From assembly GCA_964016885.1 (NCBI GenBank), contig OZ024743.1, positions 124,001-188,000 of the forward strand: a stretch of 64,000 bases of DNA. Reading direction: 5' to 3'. The translations under genes and the position numbers were made by a program. This document shows, piece after piece, positions 13,201 through 25,751 of this stretch. How positions within the stretch are numbered: the stretch's first letter is position 1; each line of letters begins with the position of its first letter. The DNA is from Eledone cirrhosa (Eukaryota). The notes beneath the pieces were generated by a model. That model saw only the letters and a program-made list of their open reading frames with translations, was not told where the DNA came from and made no database searches.

Positions 13201-14590
13201 TGGCAGTGTCGGTAGAGGGCGGTGGGTTGGCAGTGTCGGTAGAGGGCGGTGGGTTGGCAGTGTCGGTAGAGGGCGGTGGGTTGGCAGTGTCGGTAGAGGG
13301 CGGTGGGTTGGCAGTGTCGGTAGAGGGCGGTGGGTTGGCAGTGTCGGTAGAGGGTGGTGTGTTGGCAGTGTCGGTAGAGGGCGGTGGGTTGGCAGTGTCG
13401 GTAGAGGGCGGTGGGTTGGCAGTGTCGGTAGAGGGCGGTGGATTGGCAGTGTCGGTAGAGGGCGGTGGGTTGGCAGTGTCGGTAGAGGGCGGTGGGTTGG
13501 CAGTGTCGGTAGAGGGCGGTGGGTTGGCAGTGTCGGTAGAGGGCGGTGGATTGGCAGTGTCGGTAGAGGGCGGTGGGTTGGCAGTGTCGGTAGAGGGCGG
13601 TGGGTTGGCAGTGTCGGTAGAGGGCGGTGGGTTGGCAGTGTCGGTAGAGGGCGGTGGATTGGCAGTGTCGGTAGAGGGCGGTGGGTTGGCAGTGTCGGTA
13701 GAGGGTGGTGTGTTGGCAGTGTCGGTAGAGGGCGGTGGGTTGGCAGTGTCGGTAGAGGGCGGTGGGTTGGCAGTGTCGGTAGAGGGCGGTGGGTTGGCAG
13801 TGTCGGTAGAGGGCGGTGGGTTGGCAGTGTCGGTAGAGGGCGGTGGGTTGGCAGTGTCGGTAGAGGGCGGTGGATTGGCAGTGTCGGTAGAGGGCGGTGG
13901 GTTGGCAGTGTCGGTAGAGGGTGGTGTGTTGGCAGTGTCGGTAGAGGGCGGTGGGTTGGCAGTGTCGGTAGAGGGCGGTGGGTTGGCAGTGTCGGTAGAG
14001 GGCGGTGGATTGGCAGTGTCGGTAGAGGGCGGTGGGTTGGCAGTGTCGGTAGAGGGCGGTGGGTTGGCAGTGTCGGTAGAGGGCGGTGGGTTGGCAGTGT
14101 CGGTAGAGGGTGGTGTGTTGGCAGTGTCGGTAGAGGGCGGTGGGTTGGCAGTGTCGGTAGAGGGCGGTGGGTTGGCAGTGTCGGTAGAGGGCGGTGGGTT
14201 GGCAGTGTCGGTAGAGGGCGGTGGGTTGGCAGTGTCGGTAGAGGGCGGTGGGTTGGCAGTGTCGGTAGAGGGCGGTGGGTTGGCAGTGTCGGTAGAGGGC
14301 GGTGGATTGGCAGTGTCGGTAGAGGGCGGTGGGTTGGCAGTGTCGGTAGAGGGTGGTGTGTTGGCAGTGTCGGTAGAGGGCGGTGGGTTGGCAGTGTCGG
14401 TAGAGGGCGGTGGGTTGGCAGTGTCGGTAGAGGGCGGTGGATTGGCAGTGTCGGTAGAGGGCGGTGGGTTGGCAGTGTCGGTAGAGGGCGGTGGGTTGGC
14501 AGTGTCGGTAGAGGGCGGTGGGTTGGCAGTGTCGGTAGAGGGTGGTGTGTTGGCAGTGTCGGTAGAGGGCGGTGGGTTGGCAGTGTCGGT
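4274..14590 (+). repeat. 27-bp G-rich minisatellite, roughly 375 units, derived from a SINE head
   Basis: Unit gggcggtgg(gt/at/ac)tggcagtgtcggtaga. 200-N gap at 8319-8518. Units from 8519 to ~11500 are indel-rich. Confidence 0.98.
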
Positions 14591-14678
14591 AAAATAAAGT
14601 ACCAGTAACGTACTGGGTCGATTTAATAGATTTTCCCCTCCCCCCCAAATTACTGGCCTTGTGCCTATACTAGAAATC
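14585..14678 (+). mobile_element. 3' part of the SINE that hosts the array
   Basis: aaaataaagtaccagtaacgtactgggtcg...tactggccttgtgcctatactagaaatc is nearly identical to the 3' half of the SINE at 42865-43081. Probable TSD attaatta(a/t)ggct at 4260-4272 and 14679-14691. Confidence 0.9.
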
Positions 14679-14735
14679 ATTAATTATGGCTGGAGACGAC
14701 AGAATGTATTCACGCACACGCACACGCACACGCAC

Positions 14736-14772
<37 letters not shown>

Positions 14773-14964
14773 AACACTCAGACATGCATAAACATAGTCT
14801 AGTATGTATTGGGATGCGATGCCAAGTCTGCCAGTTGATTCTTGTATCCTACAATATTGTCATAGAAGCTAACGCAGGGATGGAAATAGCACCTTAAATC
14901 ATAGCTTACAATCATGGTTTACCTAGACTCATCCAGTTCACTTTGGCCCTTTAAAGGGATATAG

Positions 14965-15295
14965 ATGTATGGAAACGTAACACCTGATGTAGTCGTACGG
15001 GCGCCTTAGTGATTAATGACATTTCTTGGGTAATTTAGGACTGTCGGAGCTCAAACCCCTCTCCAGATCTGAAAACAGACGACTTCTTCCAGCGAGAAAG
15101 AGAAAGAGAGAGAGAGAGTGAGAGGGGGGGGGGGTATCTGCCCCATTATTGGATTGCTACTGACTTTATCGATCACGAAAGGATGAAAAGCAAAATTAAC
15201 CTCGGTAGGATTTAAACTCAGAGCGCAGAATGCCGGAACGAATACCGCAAGGCATTCTCTCCGACCTTCTAACAATTCTGCCAGTTCGCCGTCTT
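14965..15295 (-). mobile_element. SINE, older subfamily with extended 3' tail
   Basis: Core ggatgaaaagcaaaattaacctcggtaggatttaaactcag. Tail segment gtaacacctgatg...tgaa(a/g)acag is shared with 52005-52418. Confidence 0.7.
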
Positions 15296-15484
15296 TTAAG
15301 TAATATATAAAAGTTTTATTGAAAAAAAAACCAAAGAAAGAAAGAAACAAACAACTCACTTTCTAAAGAAAAATGCCACTAAAAACTTATCAACTGAGCA
15401 ATTAAATACTAATATTTTATTTGAATGTAATTCTAGGATTGAATAGCGAATGCATTTATAGTTAAGTACAGGCTATCATATTTA

Positions 15485-15551
<67 letters not shown>

Positions 15552-15723
15552 CATACATACATATATATATATATAATCAATAGAAATTATAACTGAAATG
15601 AAAAGGAAAGACAATAGCATTAATGAAAATTCCTTTCAAAATGGGCAAAAGAGAGAATTTTGGAATTACAGTTGCCCCAAAATTAAATAAAGGACTGGGA
15701 AGTGATGCGAATCTGATCTGTTG

Positions 15724-15916
15724 CAGATCTGCTAACCTCTAAAAGCACAACCGGAGTTCCATGAAAAAAAGTGCCCCCAAACGGAGAGAAATGAGGCAAA
15801 ATGGGGGAGATTTACATAATGAAAGCTATACCCATTTTCTCAAGAGAAAACATATCTCAACCACCTCAAAGTGTGTAGGAGATCTCCCCGTCGGACGGGG
15901 AGAGTTGACAGGTCTG
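15724..15916. mobile_element. ~190-bp MITE, copy 1
   Basis: Imperfect TIRs cagatctgctaacctct / agagttgacaggtctg. Homologous to 45644-45817. Confidence 0.65.
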
Positions 15917-15989
15917 CTTTGTAACTATGGTAAAGACAGCAAACTTGTATCTGTTTTATATAACTTCACAAGTGAAACAGTTCTTTCTA

Positions 15990-16171
15990 CTTTTAGCAGA
16001 CAACCAGTAATTTGAAGGGTAGGGGCAAGTCGATTAAATCAACTCCAGCACGTTACTAGTATCTTATTTTATCGGCTCGATAAGGATGAACTCAGAATCT
16101 GAAGGGCCGTAACTACATGCCACAAAGCATGTTGTCCGACGCTCTACCGATCCTGCCACTTCACCGCCCTC
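15990..16171 (-). mobile_element. Decayed SINE with internal deletion
   Basis: gtccgacgctctaccgatcctgccacttcaccgccct is the reverse complement of the SINE head; ttattttatcg core is present. Confidence 0.7.
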
Positions 16172-16990
16172 ATCAGTGACATATAATGAAGACACAACTA
16201 CAAGACCACTGAATGTGTTTAGTGTGAAAATAATTCTCTGATTAGACAATTTAATACATCACACAATCATATAGTGAAGACACAACAACACGGACATGAA
16301 ATGTCTTGAAAGTATATAGTATTTAGTGTGAAAATAATTAATTGATGAGACAAATTAATACATCACACATTCACAAACACACAGTCCAAACATACACACA
16401 CGTAAAAACACACATATCAAGACCGCCACCAGTCGTTGGTGGGGGTAGAGTATTTCAGATCATTCTGGATAGATACACAAATTCCCAGTAATTCTAAGGC
16501 GGAGTTTTGGAACAAGCAAGCATATAACAACATATCATTGTAAATCTGAGAGTGCAATATTGAAAAATTAGGGACAGTACCTTCCAATTCCCCACCATTC
16601 TTGGTGGTGAGCCCAGAACACACACACAAACACACACACGTATGCCCCCACACACCCACACATACACGTACACACCCCATACATACACCCACTCCCACGC
16701 TCACTTGTAGATTTACATATTGTGTTGTGAATGGCTTTTGAGATTAATGTGGCTATGATGGAAAAATGGAAAAGTTAATGTCATTTACTTTCAAAATAAG
16801 CATCGAAGGGAACTTAAATTCCAATCGATTAAAATACGAATAAAATATGTAAGGAAATACTAATAGCTGTATGTATGCTTGTGTGAATATATTTGAGTAA
16901 TTAGGTAAATTAACATAATAATATAAACTGTAGTCCAACGTGCAAACAAAGAGAAATAACACTGAGAAATGACACGGAGAATAGAGGAAG

Positions 16991-17029
<39 letters not shown>

Positions 17030-17116
17030 ATATATATATTCCTCTATTCTTTCAAATTTCAAATTTTTCCAATGTTTCTTAAGTCAATAGTTTCTTTTAT
17101 ATATATATATATATAT

Positions 17117-17258
17117 ATAGGAACAAGTAGGACCCCGTCGAAACGGCTTGAGCTCAGCCGTCGGGGTCCTACTTGTTCCTATTACCCACTCCACTACCCT
17201 AAGTATCGAGTACTTTGGTACGTTATGGTCCATCTGGTTCCTTACCACATTTCCTTCG

Positions 17259-17260
<2 letters not shown>
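17117..17260 (+). mobile_element. Family A pLTR insert, copy 2, with short inverted 5' piece
   Basis: ataggaacaagtaggaccccg is the reverse complement of the internal cggggtcctacttgttcctat. (TA)n on both sides. Confidence 0.8.
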
Positions 17261-17335
<75 letters not shown>

Positions 17336-17350
17336 GAGAGAGAGAGAGAT

Positions 17351-17945
17351 ATAAAGAATGAATAATAACAGGTAGACATCATAAAAAAGGTAATTCATTC
17401 CGAGTGCTTACAAATGTTTCAACAGTAGTTATACAGCCTAGTCATGCTATGTGCAAATTGGTAATTATTAGTTTGCAGAAACTCAATTTTAAAATGCTGC
17501 TTCTACCGTTTCCTCAGAGCAGAATGGTTAAAATGTAAATACCCTTGTATTTCTTTAATAAATTAAATACCCTTGTATTTCTTTAAGAAATACAAGGGTA
17601 TTTACATTTTAACCATTCTGCTCTGAGGAAACGGTAGAAGCAGCATTTTAAAATTGAGTTTCTGCAAACTAATAATTACCAATTTGCACATAGCATGACT
17701 AGGCTGTATAACTACTGTTGAAACATTTGTAAGCACTCGGAATAAATTACCTTTTTATGATGTCTACCTGTTATTATTCATTCTTTATCTACACTCCGGA
17801 ATACAGAAGGATCAGAAACTGAGTTTCTTCAACTATTCTTCCATAACTCGTTGAGTAACCCCTCACCGTACGTCAACTCTACCTAGTGTAGTAATTAACC
17901 ATTACTGCATTCAGGACAATCCTAAGCATTTCTTGCATAACCTAA
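17351..17945 (+). mobile_element. Fold-back pLTR element with ~200-bp arms (17351-17554 / 17586-17788)
   Basis: Near-perfect inverted repeat between microsatellite tracts; contains a hammerhead. Confidence 0.85.
17619..17735 (+). ncRNA. Type-I hammerhead ribozyme with long stem II
   Basis: tgct-CTGAGGA-aacggtag...ctactgtt-GAAAC-attt-GTA-agca. Stems I, II and III all pair. A mirror copy lies on the minus strand in the left arm. Confidence 0.75.
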
Positions 17946-17946
17946 A

Positions 17947-17998
<52 letters not shown>

Positions 17999-18261
17999 AC
18001 ATATATATATATATATAAGAAACCATTGACTTAAGAAACATTCAAAAAATTTGAAATTTGAAATTTGTGCGACCCAATGCAAATGACCATATTAACAAAA
18101 GTCCATCACGATAAGTAATAGTCGAGAAAAAGCTCGAGTAAAGCACCATTGGTGACGAAACAAAATGGCGTCCTTGACCCCCTTTTTCCGTTTCCAAGGG
18201 ATTTTACCCGATTTTCTTAACTATTATATACATTTTTTATAATGATCGACTTATATTATTA

Positions 18262-18425
18262 TGGTCCGGATGCCATGTTTTTAGCATAGAGTTACACCCC
18301 TTTCCGGTCTGAGTTCAAATCCCGCCGATGTTAAATTTGCCTTTCATCCTTACAGGGTCGATAAAATAAAGTACCAGTAATGCACTGGGTATTTGCTGGC
18401 CTTGTGCCAAAAGTAGAATCAGTTA
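18262..18425 (+). mobile_element. 5'-truncated SINE
   Basis: B box gagttcaaatccc, core tttgcctttcatcc...gtcgataaaataaagtaccag, tail gtgccaaaagtagaa. Confidence 0.85.
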
Positions 18426-18517
18426 TTATGGTCAGGCACATTGGGATGCACACATTGAAAATCTCTCTCTCTCTCTCTCCTTCTCTCTCTTTCTCTCACT
18501 CTCTCTCTTTCTCTCTC

Positions 18518-18575
<58 letters not shown>

Positions 18576-18606
18576 CTCTCTCTCTCTCTCTCTTTCTCTC
18601 TCTTTC

Positions 18607-18680
<74 letters not shown>

Positions 18681-18691
18681 TCTCTCTCTTA

Positions 18692-18814
<123 letters not shown>

Positions 18815-18856
18815 ACACACACACATATACATACACATATATATACATATATACAT

Positions 18857-19347
18857 ATATTAACAAATGGAAACTATATTTATAAAACCATAATTATTTT
18901 ATTATATATATTTCAAGGGCAACCAAGGAAAATTATGGTGCGCTTTCATCAGATAAAATACAGATTTGTTTTATAAATAAATATTGACATACCCGGTTTT
19001 TTTCAATTTTTCGGACACTAATTTGCATACTCACTCATAACTTTGTATCACCCTCAATAAAATATTATCTCCACCATCCAGAGAACTTCAACCGTTAAGG
19101 TTGTCTTTTTTCCGGGTATGTCGATATTTATTTATAAAACAAATCTGTATTTTATCTGATGAAAGCGCACCATAATTTGCCTTGGTTACCCTTGAAATAT
19201 ATATAATAAAATAATTATGGTTTTATAAATATAGTTTCCATTTATTAATATATTGAATATTTACTCTACTAAACTGTTGAGTGCTTTATATCTATTATAA
19301 AATTTTTAAGCTTGTTGAATCCCAACAAATTAAATATAACCTCTGCA
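18857..19347 (+). mobile_element. Fold-back pLTR family B copy 1 (arms 18857-18996 / 19112-19252)
   Basis: Inverted arms; HHR at 19150-19211 (ttttat-CTGATGA...GAAAT-atat-ATA-ataaaa). Shares its 3' end with 27250-27502 and 62453-62893. Confidence 0.85.
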
Positions 19348-19599
19348 TATACATGTATATATATATGTATGTCTATGTATCTATGTATACACACACATAT
19401 ATGTGTATGCTGGTGCACAATTGATTGTGTAATGCACGCAGGCTTTCTCCCAGCTGACATGAAAAGGCCCCAAATCTTGTCCTTCTATCTTCCCAGCAAT
19501 TTACTAAACAAATACACATAATAACAACTCCTTTGAAAGTTTACATTTCAACACACTGTCTTCACTCAGTGGCAAATGGAGCGCGCGCAACCCTTCTTG

Positions 19600-19746
19600 T
19601 GCGTGAGTGTGTATATGTATGTATATATATATATGTGTGTATGTGTGTGTGTGTGCATGCGTGTGCGTGCGTGTGTATGTGTGTGTTGTGTGTGGTGTAT
19701 GTGTGTGTCATACAACGCACACAACACACACACACATACACATACA

Positions 19747-19793
<47 letters not shown>

Positions 19794-19821
19794 GTATATA
19801 CACACACACTTACACACACTT

Positions 19822-19867
<46 letters not shown>

Positions 19868-19991
19868 GTGTGTATGTGGGTGTGCGTGCGCGTGCGTGCG
19901 TGTGTATGTGTGTGTGTTGTGTGTGTTGTATGTGTGTCATACAACACACACAACACACACACACATACACATACATGTGTATATGTGTGTA

Positions 19992-20036
<45 letters not shown>

Positions 20037-20199
20037 GCACACACACACACACACACATACACACACACACATATATATGTGTGTGTGTGTGCGTGCGTGC
20101 GTGTGGATGTGTGTGTGTGTGTGTGTTGTATGTGTGTGTCATACAACACACACAACACATACACACATACACATACACACATACACATACATGTGTATA

Positions 20200-20269
<70 letters not shown>

Positions 20270-20336
20270 TATACACACACACGCACACGCACGCACACAC
20301 ACACGCATATATATGTGTGTATGTGTGTATATATAC
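19600..20336. repeat. Compound (TG)/(TA)/(CA) block repeated about three times
   Basis: Marker gtgtgtcatacaac(a/g)cacacaacac recurs near 19705, 19935 and 20135. Confidence 0.75.
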
Positions 20337-20687
20337 AAAGGTGGACAGGGGAGTGAGATAAACTTGTCAAGCAACTCTTACATTCAACTATGTCTACCGA
20401 ATTGACACGTATACTCAGTCATACACTTTTGCAAAAGCAAAAACTACAATTACATGTACACAATCTTACATAGTATGTATGTATGTATGTATGTATGTAT
20501 GTATGTATGTATGTATGTATGTATGTATGTATGTATGTATGTATGTATGTATGTATGTATGTATGTGTATGTATGTATGTATGTATGTATGTATGTATGT
20601 ATGTATGTATGTATGTATGTATGTATGTATGTGTGTATGTATGTATGTATGTATGTATGTATGTATGTATGGATGGATGTATGTATG

Positions 20688-21122
20688 TTTCTGGTTCTCT
20701 TAATTTTGAGTACATTTTTGACCGGCCACCTTCCTGGTGGCAAGGTTGAACAAAAATAAGAAATTGCCATCCCTTGAATTGCAAGAATGTTTTGCAAATT
20801 TTAAAGCTGCCAGCTATTTGTAGTCTGTGAATTAGGGAGCTGCGCTTTTGTCCACAAATCCAAGTTCAGTGGTCCTAACGGGTTGGTATATAACCTGTAG
20901 CTCCAATAATTATGGGTATAAAGCTGAAGGCGTATCTTGGATACTAGATCTGCAAACTCCTCATCAATAAACCGTAGATGTCCTCCTTCTCTTGTATTTT
21001 TCTTACAACGTTTACATCAAGTGGGCAGCTGATCTTTACAACAGAGCACGTTTTCAATGTCTGGTCCCATACAAGAATATCAGGCCGGTTGTGCTTGAAT
21101 TTGGTTTCAGTGTATTTTTAAG
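20688..21122 (-). mobile_element. R4/Dong-like LINE 3' fragment between (TACA)n tracts
   Basis: Minus-strand KIQEKEDIYGLLMRSLQI*YPRYAFSFIPIIIGATGYI aligns with KISEKENIYAELMRNLQILHPDYTFRFMPVIIGALEYV of ORF 54708-55805. Confidence 0.8.
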
Positions 21123-21245
21123 GTACATGTATGTATGTATGTATGTATGTATGTATGTATGTATGTATGTATGTATGTATGTATGTATGTTATATTTTTA
21201 GAAATCCTCACAAATAGAGTGAGAAAGAGGGAGAAAGAGAGAAAG

Positions 21246-21301
<56 letters not shown>

Positions 21302-21994
21302 AGGGAAAGTGAGAGAGAGAAGAGAGAGGGAAGATCGAGGAAGAAGTAAAGCGAGAAAGAGGGAAGATGGAGGGAGAAATAAAGCGAGAGAGAGAGGGAG
21401 AGAGCCGGTTTCTAACTCTGAAACAAGAGTCTTTCTTTGAATTTAGACATGAACTATATAATTATGTCTGTCTGTCTACATGTCTGTCAGCCTGTCTTTC
21501 TATTTGTCTTTCTGTCTGTCTGCCTGTCGCTCTCTCGCTTGCTCTCTCTCTCCCCTCTCTGTGTAAGTATGGATGGCATTGCATATGTGTATTTGTATAT
21601 CTTAAATTATATATGTACACATGTCCATGTTTCTAAGTCTATACCTGTATATATGCAGTTATTACAAGCTAAACTTCTGGAACGTTTTCATATTATATAG
21701 CTCCGTTAAAGGATTCTAATTTCCTAGTATGTATATATCCGTGTATGTATATATATTTGTATACATACATTTATACATACACACGTACATACATACATAC
21801 ATACATACATACATACATACATACATACATACATACATACATACATGTACTCTCTCTCTCACACACATACACACATATATATATATATATATAGAGAGAG
21901 AGTGATAGATAGATACATAAATATGTATGTAAAAAGCAAAAAACACAGTACAACGAAGAAATATATTAGTTTCACGATTGACATAATAGGGAAA

Positions 21995-22045
21995 GAGTCT
22001 TTACGTTTCGGACATTTAGAAATATTGCTCTTCATCAGAAAGAGA
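21995..22045 (-). ncRNA. Minimal hammerhead-like motif
   Basis: Reverse complement tcttt-CTGATGA-agagc...gtcc-GAAAC-GTA-aag. A related decayed copy is at ~23606-23640 (+). Stem I is weak. Confidence 0.45.
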
Positions 22046-22163
22046 AAAAAATGTTTATAGTCCAAGGTGAGTTTGTTGCATTTTTGCAATAAGTATCACT
22101 TACTGCTAACTCCTCCGAGGTATAATCCACTAGCACAGAGGGAGAGAGAGATAGTGAGAGAGA

Positions 22164-22231
<68 letters not shown>

Positions 22232-22366
22232 GAGAGAATGAGAGAGCGAGAGAGAGAGCGAGAGAATACAAATGTACATTTGTTTGTCTATAATTACATG
22301 CATATATACATATAGGTGCAAAAATAAATGTCCCCTTCTCTCTCTGTGTATATATAAATTATGAAT

Positions 22367-23099
22367 GACGTAAAATAAGAAAATTCTAAAAATTAACTTA
22401 CTTACTAAAATTTCACTCCAACTAATTAGTTTCTGAAAGGGAATAAACATGGTTTCCAAATGGAAAGCATGGAGAAGCCGTTTCGTCATCAGGAAGTCTG
22501 TTCTCAGCTAAGATACCTGGCGATGCGTGGACACAGGGAACTTATACAAAAATAATTCAGTGGATGGAAAAAAGCAAGCGTGGACTAAATTCCAAGACAT
22601 TGAAAAAATCACTGCCTACTTGGTCGGTGGCAAATTCAAAAGAATCAATCACGTGACATCGAGCTTAATCAGTGAGGAGTGGGGGTGTTAAAAAGATAGT
22701 AGCCAAGCCGTTACTATGAATATAGTAGCAGTTTTGGCAAATTTTTGCTCAACAAAATAATTTGGGGATCATTTTTTTAACACCCCACTCCTCACTGATT
22801 AAGCTCGATGTCACGTGATTGATTCTTTTGAATTTGCCACCGACCAAGTAGGCAGTGATTTTTTCAATGTCTTGGAATTTAGTCCACGCTTGCTTTTTCC
22901 ATTCACTGAATTATTTTTGTATAAGTTCCCTGTGTCCACGCATCGCCAGGTATCTTAGCTGAGAACAGACTTCCTGATGACGAAACGGCTTCTCCATGCT
23001 TTCCATTTGAAAACCATGTTTATTCCCTTTCAGAAACTAATTAGTTGGAGTGAAATTTTAGTAAGTAAGTTAATTTTTATAATTTTCTTATTTTACGTC
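22367..23099 (+). mobile_element. Fold-back pLTR element with ~330-bp arms (22367-22694 / 22772-23099)
   Basis: Long inverted repeat with few mismatches. HHR at 22969-23051: acttc-CTGATGA...GAAAC-taatta-GTT-ggagt. Confidence 0.85.
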
Positions 23100-23263
23100 T
23101 TTCATATAATTGTTCTGCATCCCCTTGCATCGAACAACAAAGTTACTAAGACAAAACCTATATATTTGCTAGCATAGGTATGCATCTGTATATATATGTT
23201 GGTAGATATACTAATTCTTTATATATATATATATATTTATATATGAACATTAACATTACAAGG

Positions 23264-23328
23264 GGTCTGACGAGCCGCAGATTACAGATCGAACATTGAG
23301 CTGATCAGTGGCGAAAACGCGCGTCACC
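23264..23328 (+). ncRNA. Hammerhead motif in a (TA)n-flanked insert (23244-23382)
   Basis: ggt-CTGACGA-gccgc...gtggc-GAAAAC-gcgc-GTC-acc, with one extra A in the second core box. Confidence 0.6.
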
Positions 23329-23502
23329 AACCAATAAACGTAATGAAGGAATAACCAATCGTCCTTGTTATCTTATTTCACTATATATATATATATATTA
23401 TATATATAGTGCAAATTTATACGGAACAAAACAGAGAGGCAGACAAATAAAGGTTTATTAGGTACACGCTTTTGAGAGTGTGGGGGGGGGGGGGGGGGGG
23501 CG

Positions 23503-23538
23503 ACGCGACGTTTCGGGCATAAGCCCTTCTTCAGGAGT
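23503..23538 (-). ncRNA. Minimal hammerhead ribozyme
   Basis: Reverse complement actc-CTGAAGA-a-gggc-ttat-gccc-GAAAC-GTC-gcgt, with one stem I mismatch. Confidence 0.65.
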
Positions 23539-23779
23539 AAATAGCCGACTGAATACACACGTGCTATTTCTAAAAACATTCCTTTTCGTTCCTTCATTCC
23601 ATATTCTGATGAAGGACTAGTGTCTGAAACATAAAAGCTCTTTTTCTACTATATCAAAAGTTCAACTAATATATTTCTTGATTGTAGTGTATGGTTCTTT
23701 CCGTTAACATTTTGCATACATATATATCTGTCTGTCTCTCTCTCTCTCTCTCTCCCCCTCTCTCTCACTCACTCTCTCA

Positions 23780-23810
<31 letters not shown>

Positions 23811-23813
23811 CCC

Positions 23814-23922
<109 letters not shown>

Positions 23923-24254
23923 TAAATTATCATACATGCAAACGCGTATACTTATTTATTCAATTAAAGAAACAATCATTTCTTAACTCTACACACATAT
24001 CTCATTCGGCAATATCATTTTAACAAACCTGTCTTCTGCTAATCCAATGCTAATAGCTGTCTCTGTCTAAGCAATGCTAATAGCTGTCTCTGTCTAAGCA
24101 ATTCACCGCAAAGCGCTAACTCCTCACGTTGGACTGTTCATGTTTCAGCACTAATATCGCTACTATGAAAAATACAGTCATGAATAATTATGTTACCGTT
24201 AACATATATAATGTTGTAAACCTTAAATACTTTATTGCTTTTTTATATAAACAC

Positions 24255-24445
24255 AAGACTGCAAGTTTGTAGAGGGTCTATTCAATTACATCGATCCAGT
24301 ACTTGACTCATAGTTTATTTTATCAACCCCGGAAGGATGAAAGGAAAAGTTGACAATAGCGTGATTTAAACTCAGAATGTCATGGGCTCTAAGTAAATAC
24401 TGTATTAAATGTCCGGAACTGTTATAAATTTTGTCAATCCACGGA
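24255..24445 (-). mobile_element. Decayed SINE
   Basis: tttattttatcaaccccggaaggatgaaaggaaaagttgac...gatttaaactcag. Confidence 0.7.
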
Positions 24446-24479
24446 TATGATATATTCGTTAATTTAAGATTGTACTTAT

Positions 24480-24830
24480 TGTAAGTATTGTATCCACCAT
24501 AGAACGTCTAGTTTTATGGGAAAGGTAGTATAGTAATAAATATGTTGTTCACTAATAGACATCTCGGTTGCTGCCCATGTAGAATGTCACGTGGACTAAT
24601 GGTCGATACTGTAACAAACTAGTAATATCAGGGAAAGGCTTCAGCGAAAAGTAGGAAATAATCATATCATAACTTGGTTTACTCACCTGTTTAAACTACA
24701 TGGTTCCACAAATATAGCTAGAAACCTCTTGTCTCTAATTAGGCGATACTTCCCGAACGACCAAAAGTACTATAAACCCTTCAAACGCCATAGCATTATG
24801 GTCCAGCAATACTTGCCTAGATAGCGTCGT
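24480..24830 (+). pseudogene. Decayed Naiad-type PLE linker fragment
   Basis: From 24666: IITWFTHLFKLHGSTNIARNLLSLIRRYFPNDQKYYKPFKRHSI, aligning with TIWFSPPFSLNDKTNVGKEFLALLARHFPIGYKYRSIFNRHKV of ORF 38498. Confidence 0.7.
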
Positions 24831-25122
24831 TTCCTGCAAAAGAAAACAAAAACGTACATTCACCGACCCTGCAACAGAAAGCAGAAATATAAGTTAAGTG
24901 GTGTGGATAAGTAGGAATCATGCAGCATAGTATACAGAATATTTCTTTCAATGATACTCTTTCGCTGATGTTAATAAAGCGAAAAGTCAGTTCAAATACA
25001 AACATTCAAATACAACTAACTTGTAAGCCAACTGAAAAAAACCGGGGTTTATATCTATTGGTTATATTTAAACATGCATTCAGTTCTGCTCCAATATCTA
25101 TATTCTCTCCCCCCCCCCCCCG

Positions 25123-25154
<32 letters not shown>

Positions 25155-25266
25155 TGTAATATATATATAAATCAAAAATGCAATTGGAGTCTTTTTAAGA
25201 ATATTTATTTATTTCCTTTACCGGTTTCACACTTCTTATGGTCTTCAAAAGTAAAATTGAGATGGA

Positions 25267-25325
<59 letters not shown>

Positions 25326-25334
25326 ATATATAAT

Positions 25335-25489
25335 ATAGGAACGAGTAGGACCCCGACGGCTGAGCTCAAGCCGTTTCGACGGCTAATTCCGTCGGGGTCC
25401 TACTCGTTCCTATTACCCACTCTACTACCCTAAGTATTGAGTACTTTGGTGCGTTATGGTCCACCTGGTTCCTTACCACATTTCCTTCG

Positions 25490-25535
<46 letters not shown>

Positions 25536-25751
25536 AGGAATGAGTAGGACCCCGACGGCTGAGCTCAAGCCGTTTCGACGGCTAATTCTGGACTAAATGT
25601 CCGGAATTATTTAGTCCAGAATTAGCCCGTCGAAACGGCTTGAGCTCATCCGTCGGGGTCCTGCTCGTTCCTATTACCCACTCTACTACCCTAAGTATTG
25701 AGTACTTTGGTGCGTTATGGTCCATCTGGTTCCTTACCTCATTTCCTTCGT
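25335..25751 (+). mobile_element. Family A pLTR inserts, copies 3 and 4 (25335-25492, 25533-25751), each with an inverted 5' piece
   Basis: Both begin ataggaa(c/t)gagtaggaccccgacggc (antisense), switch to sense, and end ttccttcgt+(TA)n. Confidence 0.85.

Noticed and set aside
4274-14590. CRISPR-like array
   Set aside because: Units are contiguous with no unique spacers, there are no cas genes, and the context is eukaryotic.
4218-14680. 1000-2400 aa ORFs (PPPSTDTAN, LAVSVEGGG repeats) resembling mucins or adhesins
   Set aside because: A 27-bp unit is stop-free in several frames on both strands; the unit is SINE-derived and there is no gene context.
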